A stretch of 64,000 nucleotides of DNA, taken from contig PNJU01000001.1 of assembly GCA_013822015.1 (NCBI GenBank), forward strand, positions 16,797 to 80,796, in the 5' to 3' direction. The DNA is from Candidatus Puniceispirillum sp. GTDB taxonomy: Bacteria > Pseudomonadota > Alphaproteobacteria > Caedimonadales > UBA1908. Positions 35,249-44,365 of this stretch are shown piece by piece; position 1 is the stretch's first letter, and each line of letters begins with the position of its first letter. The notes under the pieces are model-generated. The model saw only the letters and a program-made list of their open reading frames with translations, ran no database searches and was not told the origin of the DNA. A program made the translations under genes and the position numbers.

Positions 35249-37396
35249 GTGTCTCATATCTTAATTGTGGACGACTGCGAATTAAGCATCTCTCTTCTTG
35301 AGCGGATGGTGCATGCCGTTGGTGGACGCAGTGTGTGTTTCACTGATCCCAGAAAGGCCCTGGATTGGGCCATGGGCAATCCCGTTGACCTGATCCTCGT
35401 TGACTATCATATGCCTGAGATGGATGGCTTGGAATTTATTCGCCATATCAGAGACTCTGGCCCCAATGCGACCGTTCCAATTTTGATGATTTCCAGCGCC
35501 GATGAGGGTTCACTTCTCCAGCCAGCCCTGGAGGCGGGCGCCAACGATTTCCTCCAAAAGCCCGTTAACCGCGCCGAGTTTCTGGCACGTACACGCAATA
35601 TGCTGCAGCTGCGCCAAAATGAGCGTCAGCTCCTTGAGTACTCACAAATCCTTGAAAAGCGCGTTCAAGACGCGACCAACGAGCTGCGCAAAAGCCAAGA
35701 ACGTTATTACCTGGCCGCCCAGGCCTCTAGGGACGGTCTGTGGGACTGGGACTTAGAAACCGGCGAAGTCTTTTATTCCGCTTATTGGTGCGAGATGGTG
35801 GGGTACCGGGAGAGCGACTTGCCCATGGTCTTGTCCACCTGGTTCAACCGGGTCCATCCCGAAGATATTATTGAGCTGCGCGCGGCCATCGATTCCTATC
35901 TTGCCAAGGAAATTGATTTCTTAAGCTGTGAGTACCGCCTGCGCCACCGCAATGGGTCCTACTGCTGGATGTCCACCCGCGGCCTTTGTATTCGCGACGA
36001 GAAAGGCAAAGCCTACCGCTTGGTGGGCACCCAGACCAACATTACAGAGCGCAAGAAGATTGAGGCGCGCCTTGCCCACACAGCCCTCCATGACGCCCTC
36101 ACAGGCCTGCCCAACCGCGTTCTTTTGACGGAACGCCTCCAGCAAGCTTTTATCCGCTATAAGCGTGACAAAAAAACCTCCTTTGCAGTCCTGTTTCTTG
36201 ACCTTGACCGCTTTAAGCAGGTCAACGACACCCTCGGCCACGCGGCGGGAGACCAGCTTCTTCTGGCCCTAGCGCCGCGCATGAAAAGATGCTGCCGTGA
36301 GGCCGATACGGTGGCACGCCTGGCGGGTGACGAGTTCGTGCTGCTGCTTCCTGACACGGGATCGTTAGAAGACGTTGAGCAAGTGGCCCAGCGCCTACTG
36401 GAAGAAATCAGCCGCCCCCTCACCATTGCCGGCAAAAACATTAATCCGTCCGCCAGTATTGGTATCGCCTTCGCGGACCCCTCTTTTACGGCCTACAATG
36501 ATATTCTCAAGGACGCCGACATGGCTCTTTATCAGGCCAAGGAAAAGGGACGTAACGGATACGCCATCTTTGACCCGGCAACACGCCACAAGCAAGTGTC
36601 CACCTTGCGCTTTCAAGACGAGATCAAAAAGGCCGTCACCGAAGGCGAGATGCGTGTGTGTTATCAACCCATCCTTGACATTAAATCCTTGCAGGTCGTG
36701 GGCTTTGAGGCGCTCGCGCGCTGGCAACACCCCGAGCTTGGACTTGTCTTGCCCGATAATTTCCTCGCCTACGCCGAGGAAAGTGAGGAAATCATCAAGC
36801 TGGACCGCTTTGTCACACGCCAAGCCATGGAGCAGGTGCAAAGTTGGCGCGAGCACTATGGCCAGAATTTCTTCCTGTCCGTGAATATTGCCGCGCGCCA
36901 CTTCTATCAAAAAGGCCTCACAACCTTCTTGAAAGAAGCCTGCCAAGATACCAATTTTTCCGCCGACAATCTGGTGCTTGAGCTCTCTGAAAAAACAATC
37001 ATTGAATCACCAAACTCTGCCGAACGCCTCTTCTTAACCCTCAAGCAAGATGGATACGCCATTGCCCTTGACGACTTTGGCACAGGTGCCACGTCCCTAC
37101 ACGCGCTGGCGGGCTTTGCCCTGAGCTACATCAAAGTCGACCGACGCATCGTGGCAAACCTAAAGGAATGGACAAGATACCAAAAGTTTTTGGAGCTGAT
37201 CTCTCAAGTCGCCCACGAAATGCCTGCAACCTTGATTTTTGAAGGTGTGGAGACAAAGGTCGAGTTCGAGTACCTGAAGGAGCACGCATCGGGCCTTGTG
37301 CAAGGTTACCATTTCCTGAAGCCCGAAACGGTGGATAAAGTTCAAGATTATCTGGATGCGTCTGCTGAAAAAGGAAAGGCTTGCGCCCGCGCATAG
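35249..37396 (+). CDS. response-regulator receiver - PAS - GGDEF - EAL c-di-GMP signalling protein
   Basis: REC (ILIVDD...DLILVDYHMPEMDG...K), PAS (SRDGLWDWDLETGEVFYS), GGDEF domain with READ I-site and AGDEF, EAL domain (FEALARW, DDFGTG). Confidence 0.9.
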   Translation: MSHILIVDDCELSISLLERMVHAVGGRSVCFTDPRKALDWAMGNPVDLILVDYHMPEMDGLEFIRHIRDSGPNATVPILMISSADEGSLLQPALEAGANDFLQKPVNRAEFLARTRNMLQLRQNERQLLEYSQILEKRVQDATNELRKSQERYYLAAQASRDGLWDWDLETGEVFYSAYWCEMVGYRESDLPMVLSTWFNRVHPEDIIELRAAIDSYLAKEIDFLSCEYRLRHRNGSYCWMSTRGLCIRDEKGKAYRLVGTQTNITERKKIEARLAHTALHDALTGLPNRVLLTERLQQAFIRYKRDKKTSFAVLFLDLDRFKQVNDTLGHAAGDQLLLALAPRMKRCCREADTVARLAGDEFVLLLPDTGSLEDVEQVAQRLLEEISRPLTIAGKNINPSASIGIAFADPSFTAYNDILKDADMALYQAKEKGRNGYAIFDPATRHKQVSTLRFQDEIKKAVTEGEMRVCYQPILDIKSLQVVGFEALARWQHPELGLVLPDNFLAYAEESEEIIKLDRFVTRQAMEQVQSWREHYGQNFFLSVNIAARHFYQKGLTTFLKEACQDTNFSADNLVLELSEKTIIESPNSAERLFLTLKQDGYAIALDDFGTGATSLHALAGFALSYIKVDRRIVANLKEWTRYQKFLELISQVAHEMPATLIFEGVETKVEFEYLKEHASGLVQGYHFLKPETVDKVQDYLDASAEKGKACARA

Positions 37397-37440
37397 TGTC
37401 GTCTATAAAAGCTCCAGTTTATAAATATGGGAGGCGGCTA

Positions 37441-38076
37441 ATGACAGCGACACACACATTTTTACGCACTTTTATGCTCCTTGGCGTGTTTTGGGCGACA
37501 AGTACCCACGCATCTTTTGATTGCTGTGAAGACTGTTGCGAACCCGCCTGTAGAAACGTGGTTGCCCCCTTGTGTAGAGAAGTGGTTGTACCTACCTGTA
37601 CCAATGTGGTTGAACCCCTGTGCAAGAATATCGTATTTCCCTGTTTTTTTCAGATCCTTGTGACCACGGGCAAAGCGTTTGTGTGGGCTTTGGACGCCAC
37701 GGGAATGTTCCCCTCTGGTTCATCGCCAGGCATACGCGTGAGCCTTGTGCCAGAGCCCACCTCATATGCCGAAAGTGTTTCTATGGCCATGCACAAGTTA
37801 AGTGAAGAGTCTATACTGCGGGATACTTACCGCACACAAAACGTAAAAGGTTTTCAGTACTACTTAGCAACACACACTTCATTTACAGGTCCTACCCACT
37901 TGACATACTTTAGTGTTCCTTTGGAGCACACCGAGGCCGCTTGGAATAGTTACCCATGCATGAGGCGGATTTATGAGTATTGGACGGCCGGGGGCAGCCG
38001 GTATGAAAAAGAGAACGCCATGAGAGATTTCATTGAAAAAAACTATGGGACTGCAACCAAGGACCATCTCCATTAA
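37441..38076 (+). CDS. hypothetical secreted protein with a Cys-rich 8-residue repeat
   Basis: Signal peptide. CCEDCCEPA followed by CRNVVAPL CREVVVPT CTNVVEPL CKNIVFPC, encoded by 4 imperfect 24-bp repeats at 37549..37644. Confidence 0.5.
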   Translation: MTATHTFLRTFMLLGVFWATSTHASFDCCEDCCEPACRNVVAPLCREVVVPTCTNVVEPLCKNIVFPCFFQILVTTGKAFVWALDATGMFPSGSSPGIRVSLVPEPTSYAESVSMAMHKLSEESILRDTYRTQNVKGFQYYLATHTSFTGPTHLTYFSVPLEHTEAAWNSYPCMRRIYEYWTAGGSRYEKENAMRDFIEKNYGTATKDHLH

Positions 38077-38094
38077 TGAGAAAGGATTAAAGAT

Positions 38095-38550
38095 ATGCCC
38101 CCTATCACTCAGACGGTTCTGACTTGTCTTGTGATGGGGGCTTCTCCGGCCCTGGCTTCGTTCCTTCCTCCCTTCCAGGAGAAGCCTCGTCCCCAACCAG
38201 GTGCCAGCCCCCCTGAATTTGATCTCTTTGCCCATATGTTTGGGGAGACGCTCTCCTGCGCAACTCCTGCCCCAGCGCCTCCCGAGCCTATCCAGAAAGA
38301 AGACAGCCTCGAAGATTTGCAGGCCATGCTGCGCGAAAGACATTTCCCCCTAGGCCCAGAAAGTTTGGAAGGCACCCATACCCTTCCCCCCAACGTGGCA
38401 GTGGAAGCATGGCAAGATCCCATGTTTTTGAAGCTTCTTTTCAACCATTATCTTTATGAAGACGGCCGCTTCGTCTATGATTCGGCGCATACCTGGCCAG
38501 CACTCACGCACTATGTCAATGAAAAGTGGCGTCAAAACAAGACGCAGTAG
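38095..38550 (+). CDS. hypothetical secreted protein
   Basis: Signal peptide ending ALA|S. Proline-rich N-terminal half. No recognisable domain. Confidence 0.45.
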   Translation: MPPITQTVLTCLVMGASPALASFLPPFQEKPRPQPGASPPEFDLFAHMFGETLSCATPAPAPPEPIQKEDSLEDLQAMLRERHFPLGPESLEGTHTLPPNVAVEAWQDPMFLKLLFNHYLYEDGRFVYDSAHTWPALTHYVNEKWRQNKTQ

Positions 38551-38676
38551 AGTCCATTGACAAAGACGCAGCAACTTGAAAAAATAAAGACGTTACATGG
38601 AAAATAAATAGATACACACCAGCTTCACTTAACCATAAAAAACAAAAACTTATAAAAAATGAGGGAGGTTTTCACC

Positions 38677-39042
38677 ATGGCAACTCTTTATGAAAGACTG
38701 GGCGGACAGGCGGCCATTGACGCGGCGGTGGATATTTTTTACCGTAAGATGCTGGCCGATGAGCGCGTGAATTATTTCTTTGACAACACCGATATGGATA
38801 AGCAAATCGCCAAGCAAAAAGGCTTTCTTACCCTGGCTTTTGGTGGGCCGAACCACTACACAGGCAAGGATATGCGCGAGGGGCACAAACATCTTATCGC
38901 ACGTGGGTTAAATGACCAGCACGTTGACATTGTCATTGAGCACCTTGGCAGCACCCTGCAAGAGCTTGGCGTACCCCAAAGTGACATCGCAGAAGTCGCG
39001 GCCATCGCCAACGGTGCGCGCAAGGACGTTTTGGACCGCTAG
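38677..39042 (+). CDS. glbN: group I truncated haemoglobin (trHbN)
   Basis: TLYERLGGQAAIDAAVDIFYRKMLADERVNYFF...QKGFLTLAFGGPNHYTGKDMREGHKHL. GAGGGAGG RBS before ATG 38677. Confidence 0.88.
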   Translation: MATLYERLGGQAAIDAAVDIFYRKMLADERVNYFFDNTDMDKQIAKQKGFLTLAFGGPNHYTGKDMREGHKHLIARGLNDQHVDIVIEHLGSTLQELGVPQSDIAEVAAIANGARKDVLDR

Positions 39043-39047
39043 CCACC

Positions 39048-40061
39048 ATGGCGGTCCAGCTTACCTACAAGGACAAGGCGTACGCGCTTTTGGAAAACGA
39101 AAGCGTCTTGGACTGCTTGCTGCGTGAACATATCCCTGTGCCCCACTCTTGTTGCGCAGGCGCGTGTCAGTCTTGCCTGATGCAAGCTGTAGACGGGCGT
39201 GTGATCCCAGGCAAAGCCCAGGACGGTCTTAAAGCCTCTTTAAAGGAGCAAGGCTTTTTCCTCGCTTGTCAGTGTGTTCCTAGCCAAGACATGTGGGTGC
39301 GCGACCCAGATGCGGCAGGATTTGAAACACCCGTACATGTCACTGAAAAGCGCTTTCTCAATGCCCACGTCATTGCCCTGTCGCTCACCCCCGTGCGCCC
39401 CTTCGCAGCGCGCCCCGGGCAGTACCTCACACTCATGACACCCCAAAACCTCGCACGCAGCTACTCCATTGCAAGTGACCCAGAGCGTGACGGCGTCATC
39501 ATCCTCCATGTGAAACTGTTCCCCGATGGCGCCATGGGGCAGTGGCTCAGATCAGTGTCCCTTGGGGATGAAATGCGTGTGCGCGGTCCCTATGGGAGTT
39601 GCTTTTACACGCAAGAAGAAGACACAACCTTTCCCCTTGTCTTGGCGGGAACAGGGACAGGCCTTGCCCCCCTCTACGGAGTCCTCAAGGACGCGCTCGC
39701 AAAAGGACATGAAGGGCCCATACAGCTTTTTCATGGGAGCCTCAAAGCGCAGGATCTGTATCTGGAGGAAGAGCTGCGCGCCCTAGACGGTCAGCACGCA
39801 AATTTCACTTATACACCCTGTGTCTTACACACAGATGGTGCGTCAAGCGCCTATACCCAAGGTGATTTTAAAGAGATCGTTCTCATGGGGCTTCCCCAAG
39901 ACAAGGCGAGGGCGCTGCTTTTCCTGTGTGGGGCGCCAGACATTGTGAACGCCCTTAAGACAAAGGCGTTCCTAGCTGGACTATCTTCAAAGCATATCTT
40001 TGCAGACGCATTTGTGCCCTCCAGGAGCGCCCCCGAAGAGGCGCAACAAGTGGCGAGTTAA
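39048..40061 (+). CDS. [2Fe-2S] ferredoxin - FAD/NAD(P)H oxidoreductase (ferredoxin-reductase-type)
   Basis: N-terminal CCAGACQSC...C cluster motif, RSYSIAS (RxYS FAD motif), LAGTGTGLAPL NAD(P) motif. Lies 5 nt downstream of glbN. Confidence 0.8.
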   Translation: MAVQLTYKDKAYALLENESVLDCLLREHIPVPHSCCAGACQSCLMQAVDGRVIPGKAQDGLKASLKEQGFFLACQCVPSQDMWVRDPDAAGFETPVHVTEKRFLNAHVIALSLTPVRPFAARPGQYLTLMTPQNLARSYSIASDPERDGVIILHVKLFPDGAMGQWLRSVSLGDEMRVRGPYGSCFYTQEEDTTFPLVLAGTGTGLAPLYGVLKDALAKGHEGPIQLFHGSLKAQDLYLEEELRALDGQHANFTYTPCVLHTDGASSAYTQGDFKEIVLMGLPQDKARALLFLCGAPDIVNALKTKAFLAGLSSKHIFADAFVPSRSAPEEAQQVAS

Positions 40062-41479
40062 GACGCTTCGTCACCTTTGGTGGGAGTCGCCTGTCCCACG
40101 TCTGTAAACGCGATAGAGAAAAACGCTGGCACGCTATCGCCAAACCCAAGGACAGGGGCCTTGGGCGAATGGCGGTGATTTGGCGCCGCTTTCGTGCGAC
40201 CAGTTGTGCGCTCAGTGCGTTGACGCTTTGGCGCAGGAGCTGTTTCTGGCGTCTCTTGGACTGGCTCAGGGGCAACCTCTTGAACCTCAGGCGCGGCCGT
40301 CTTTGCAGTTGATTTCCTGGGGGTACGCTTTTTGGGAGGAGCCGCCTCTTCTTTGGCCTCCCCATCTTCAAAGGTCACCCGGTCAAGGTCCTTACCCAGA
40401 AGCTTCTCCAGCGCCTTGAGGAGCTTTTCCTCGGATGGCTCAACAAAAGAAACAGCGCGACCACTGCGTCCCGCGCGCCCCGTGCGCCCGATGCGGTGCA
40501 CGTACTCCTCGGGATTAATGGGTAGCCCGATATTAAACACAAAGGGCAAGTCCGCCACGTCAATGCCGCGCGCAGCCACGTCACTGGCCACAAGCAGGGT
40601 CACCTTACCCTCTTTAAAAGCGTCTAAGGTCTCCCGGCGCTGGCTTTGGGTCAGATCCCCGTGGATGGGGCTTGCGCTGTATCCGCGCTTGATGAGATCC
40701 GCGCTCAGGCGTGAGACCTCCGTCTTACGGTTACAAAAGATAATAGCCGCCGAAGGCTTTTCCTGTTCAAGATAGTGACGCAGCGCCTTTTGCTTTCCGC
40801 GAGCAGACACCATGACAACGCTTTGCTCAATGGTTTGAGCAGAGACTTCTTTGGGTGTCACAGTCACCTGGGCCGGATCCGTCAGGAAGCGGTCCGCAAG
40901 TTTGCGCACGGCTGGTGAAACGGTCGCTGAAAAGAGAAGTGTCTGACGCGCTTGGGGTGTCTTGGCAACGATCTTCTCCACATCGGGAATAAAGCCCATA
41001 TCAAGGAGACGATCGGCCTCATCAATGACGAGAAACTCAAGGGCGCCCAGCATAATGCTGCCGCGCTCCAACAAGTCCAGAAGGCGCCCTGGCGTTGCAA
41101 TGAGGATATCCACACGCTTTTTCAGCTCTTTTTCTTGGAGCACCATGGATTCACCGCCAATAAGGGTCACAACGCCAAACTTGGTGTACTTCCCATAGCG
41201 CGCCGCACCCTCTTGCACCTGCAGAGCAAGCTCGCGCGTGGGGGTCAGCACCAGGGCTCTTGGCATGCGTGCGCGCACCCGGCCCGATTGTAGCTTAGAT
41301 AAAAGAGGCAGCATATAAGACGCCGTCTTTCCTGTGCCTGTTTGTGCGCACCCAAAAAGGTCGCGCCCTTCAAGGATCAGAGGAATAGCCTCTTGTTGAA
41401 TGGGGGTCGGGGTTGTATAACCCGCTTCCAGTACGCTCTTCAAAATATCGGCGTCTAAGGAAAAATCAGCAAATGTCAT
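40058..41479 (-). CDS. DEAD-box ATP-dependent RNA helicase
   Basis: Q motif TPTPIQ, AQTGTGKT, VIDEADRLL, SAT, HRIGRTGRAG. Basic C-terminal tail. Confidence 0.93.
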   Translation of the reverse strand: MTFADFSLDADILKSVLEAGYTTPTPIQQEAIPLILEGRDLFGCAQTGTGKTASYMLPLLSKLQSGRVRARMPRALVLTPTRELALQVQEGAARYGKYTKFGVVTLIGGESMVLQEKELKKRVDILIATPGRLLDLLERGSIMLGALEFLVIDEADRLLDMGFIPDVEKIVAKTPQARQTLLFSATVSPAVRKLADRFLTDPAQVTVTPKEVSAQTIEQSVVMVSARGKQKALRHYLEQEKPSAAIIFCNRKTEVSRLSADLIKRGYSASPIHGDLTQSQRRETLDAFKEGKVTLLVASDVAARGIDVADLPFVFNIGLPINPEEYVHRIGRTGRAGRSGRAVSFVEPSEEKLLKALEKLLGKDLDRVTFEDGEAKEEAAPPKKRTPRKSTAKTAAPEVQEVAPEPVQETPETAPAPKRQRTERTTGRTKAAPNHRHSPKAPVLGFGDSVPAFFSIAFTDVGQATPTKGDEAS

Positions 41480-41640
41480 GGGATAAATTGGTCACTCCAA
41501 GGGACAACACGCACGGTACATGGTAGTACCATCCATATGTATCAAAATGGTATCTTTTTTGTAGAAAAACCCCTCTTTTTCACACAAAACAACACCTTTT
41601 ATACTTTAGTGACATAAAGAACACACTTTTTGCCAAAAAG

Positions 41641-41670
41641 CAAAGAAAAAAGGGTGCCAATGGCACCCTT
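41641..41670 (-). terminator. rho-independent terminator after rpsD
   Basis: On the minus strand, an AGGGTGCC/GGCACCCT hairpin followed by TTTTTTCTTTG. Confidence 0.6.
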
Positions 41671-41698
41671 TCTTATCATTCTGACTTATGCAGTCAAA

Positions 41699-42316
41699 TT
41701 ACCTGGAGTAATACTCCACCACCAAGTGTGGTTCCATTTTCACGGGATAAGGCACATCCGCCAAAGCTGGCGCACGCACGAAGGTTCCCTTGAAACCCTT
41801 TGGATCGCACTCGATGTAATCGGGCACATCACGCTCGTTGGATTGTTGTGCTTCCATCACCACCGCAAACTCACGGGCAGGTCCACGCACTTCAATCACA
41901 TCGCCGTCACGCAGCTGATAGGAAGGAATGTTCACACGCTTACCGTTCACAAGAACGTGACCGTGGTTCACGAGCTGCCTTGCGGCGAACACTGTGATGG
42001 CAAACTTCAAACGGTAAACTACGGCGTCCAAACGGCGCTCTAGAAGGCCGATGAGTTGCTCACCTGTATCACCCCTGCGACGCACAGCCTCTTTATAGAG
42101 GTTACGGAACTGACGCTCACCAATGTTACCATAGTAACCACGCAGCTGTTGCTTTGCACGCAGCTGGATACCATAGTCGGAAATTTTACCTGCGCGGCTT
42201 TGGCCATGTTGACCAGGCTTGTAGTTACGCGCATTCAGCGGGCTTCCAGGACGGCCCCAGAGGTTGACGCCCAAACGGCGATCAATCTTATATTTGGACT
42301 CTAAACGCTTTGTCAT
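41699..42316 (-). CDS. rpsD: 30S ribosomal protein S4
   Basis: [22 protein letters not shown]...YGIQLRAKQ...S4 domain [20 protein letters not shown]. Confidence 0.95.
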   Translation of the reverse strand: MTKRLESKYKIDRRLGVNLWGRPGSPLNARNYKPGQHGQSRAGKISDYGIQLRAKQQLRGYYGNIGERQFRNLYKEAVRRRGDTGEQLIGLLERRLDAVVYRLKFAITVFAARQLVNHGHVLVNGKRVNIPSYQLRDGDVIEVRGPAREFAVVMEAQQSNERDVPDYIECDPKGFKGTFVRAPALADVPYPVKMEPHLVVEYYSR

Positions 42317-42569
42317 ATAACGACTCTTCTTTCTTTAGCAACAAACGGACGTAAAAGTTCTTGTCCACGTCATACACCCAGCCCAGACCGCTTGTCAAGA
42401 CCTGCACGCATGAACTTCAAAAAAGTTACACAAAGGTATGCAAATCGTCTGCACACAATAAGGCGTGCTCTCGTGTAAATGAATACTCAAAAAAAAAGCA
42501 TCCCATTTATTGACAGAAACGAATAAAAATACCACACAAGACATCATTCAACAAAACATAAGAAAAAAA

Positions 42570-43115
42570 CATGCGCAGTAAATTTTTTGTTCTAACACTT
42601 CTGTCTACATCTATCCCTGGTATTTTTGCTTCAGCCAAGAACACCGAGCCACCTCTTCTTAGTCCGGAGGAGTAATTTGCGCACTTACAAACGCTTAAAG
42701 CTGATCGCGCCCCAACCGATGCGTTTCCAGAGCTAGCGCCCCAATGCGCCCAGAACATTGGTGTGATGCGTGCCTTTGTACGCGCGGACCTCCAGCCATC
42801 CTTTGATGACGCTTCTCAAAAGATTCAAAGCGCCTGCGCCGAGGGCCTAACTCTTTACAAATTCAACATGGGTCACGACGCCCTTTCCTTTTTTCCTTAA
42901 AGCGCCCCAAAAAAATGCCCCCCTTCAAAAGAAGACCGTCACGGAGCACCTGGGGTATTTAAACAACACCCCCGCCCCACTCCACTTTAACCTTAAAAAA
43001 GAGACGAAAAACATTATTGCTGAGGCCGCCAAAGGTGGTCTTTTCCCTTGTACGGTTGTTTCCCAGACTTGTGTTTTTTCAATCGACTTCCTTAATATAG
43101 CTAGAACAGTTTAAT
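42570..43115 (+). pseudogene. decayed gene for a signal-peptide protein (multiple frame breaks)
   Basis: MRSKFFVLTLLSTSIPGIFASAKNTEPPLLSPEE then a stop. Coding-like translation continues in two other frames (FAHLQTLKADRAPTDAFPELAPQCAQNIGVMRAFVRADLQ...; KAPQKNAPLQKKTVTEHLGYLNNTPAPLHFNLKKETKNIIAEAAKGG...). The breaks lie near homopolymer runs. Confidence 0.4.
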
Positions 43116-43202
43116 GTGATAACAGGATACGAGGAAAGCGACGTGTATAAGTATACACGAGCGGCCAGACGCGCATTATCAAATGATAAGGGTTCGGCTA
43201 TA
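43097..43202 (+). repeat. repeat R copy 2 (106 bp)
   Basis: Near-identical to the reverse complement of 1167..1272. The palindrome is degenerate here (GTGTATAAGTATACAC at 43143..43158). Confidence 0.85.
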
Positions 43203-43943
43203 AAGCTTTTGCAATGAAATCTCCCTTATGTGGCCTCCCCTACAAAGAGTCCGGATTTGATGGCATACCAAAGGCGGACAGTGAAACGTTTCTTGGGCAC
43301 GACTGGCCCCATGTGACTTACAACGAGAAAGTGCGCATCTATCACTTGTCCACGGTTTATGACGCCTATAGTAAGCTCTATACCTTAGTGTCATCTCAAG
43401 CAGATCCCTGCGCCACATGTGACGATCATTTTTGGACCTTTTTAATCATGCACGAAGGCCTTAATAATTTTGGCGGACCTAAACGCCCCAAAGGTCTTAA
43501 TCTGCCCCTCTCTTGCAAGAGTGTCAAAGAGCGCTTAGCGGATGATTTAAGCAGATTGCAAAGCACTATAGACAGACCAACGTACACGTTTAAAAAAATT
43601 GTGGCCTCTTACAAAAACAATAGCCCCATCGGCATTTTAATTGATAAACAAGTACCGAAAGATGCCCCCCTTATGCTTTGCTCCCCTCTTTAAGGAAATC
43701 CTGACGGAAGGCGCCGACAGCCCTTATGACGTGGACTATCAAGACGATCTGGGTAATCTTGGCTATGACGCATACAACACCCTGTTTGACACCCAGGCTG
43801 CGCTTAAGGAGGGAGGGATTCACTTCCCCATCTGGAATGAAGACGGGTCATTTAACGCCAGTGGTATGGTGGAGATCTTCAACAGGCAGGTGGATGAGTT
43901 TGAAGCAAAATACGCGCCTTACTTTTCTGTGGCAGGATCTTAA
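43116..43943 (+). pseudogene. disrupted gene of unknown function (frame 0 -> 2 -> 0)
   Basis: GTG 43116 opens VITGYEESDVYKYTRAARRALSNDKGSAI (a paralog of the 1253 ORF start), which stops at 43215. ORF 43214..43693 and ORF 43641..43943 continue it. The second break lies at a C6 run near 43665. Confidence 0.45.
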
Positions 43944-43947
43944 GAGG

Positions 43948-44024
43948 TGGTGCGCCCGAGAGGATTCGAACCTTTGACCCCAGGATTAGGAATCCTGTGC
44001 TCTATCCTGCTGAGCCATGAGCGC
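43948..44024 (-). tRNA. second, probably degenerate copy of tRNA-Arg(CCU)
   Basis: 77 nt with 4 substitutions relative to 47367..47443. These create an A7:C66 mismatch in the acceptor stem and an A:C mismatch in the T stem. The anticodon loop TTCCTAA is intact. Confidence 0.5.
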
Positions 44025-44125
44025 ATGGTACGCGCTTTACACAAGGCGAAAAAGCGCGCCTACCCTCAAAGTCAGCGCCCACTTCTTCCCAACGTCCTGC
44101 CAAGACTTGCCCCAAAACGCAGTCA
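44025..44125 (-). pseudogene. remnant of the 3' end and downstream region of the S9 peptidase gene (duplicate of ~47444..47640 with a 72-bp deletion)
   Basis: CGCGCTTTACACAAGGCGAAAAAGCGCGCCTACCCTCAAAGTCAGCGCCCACTTCTTCCCAACG aligns with 47470..47624. The missing 72 bp in the intact copy lie between two CCCTCAAA direct repeats (47511-18 and 47583-90). Confidence 0.7.
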
Positions 44126-44365
44126 GCAGTCGCGCAAAAAGGCAGGGCAACAAACTTAAGCCTTCCTCAACAGTCCATAAACTTACAAAATCTCTCAACC
44201 AAACCTAGCACGTCCCACAAAATCATTTCTCAGATATGGTCCACTGACATCCACGCATTCCTCCAGGACGAAGTGAGGCTCAACCTTATCTTAAAATGCC
44301 GTTGAAAATAAGAGCCATTTGGGGTATCAGTGCATGTCGCCCGTTGTCGTGGAGTAATCAGGTAT

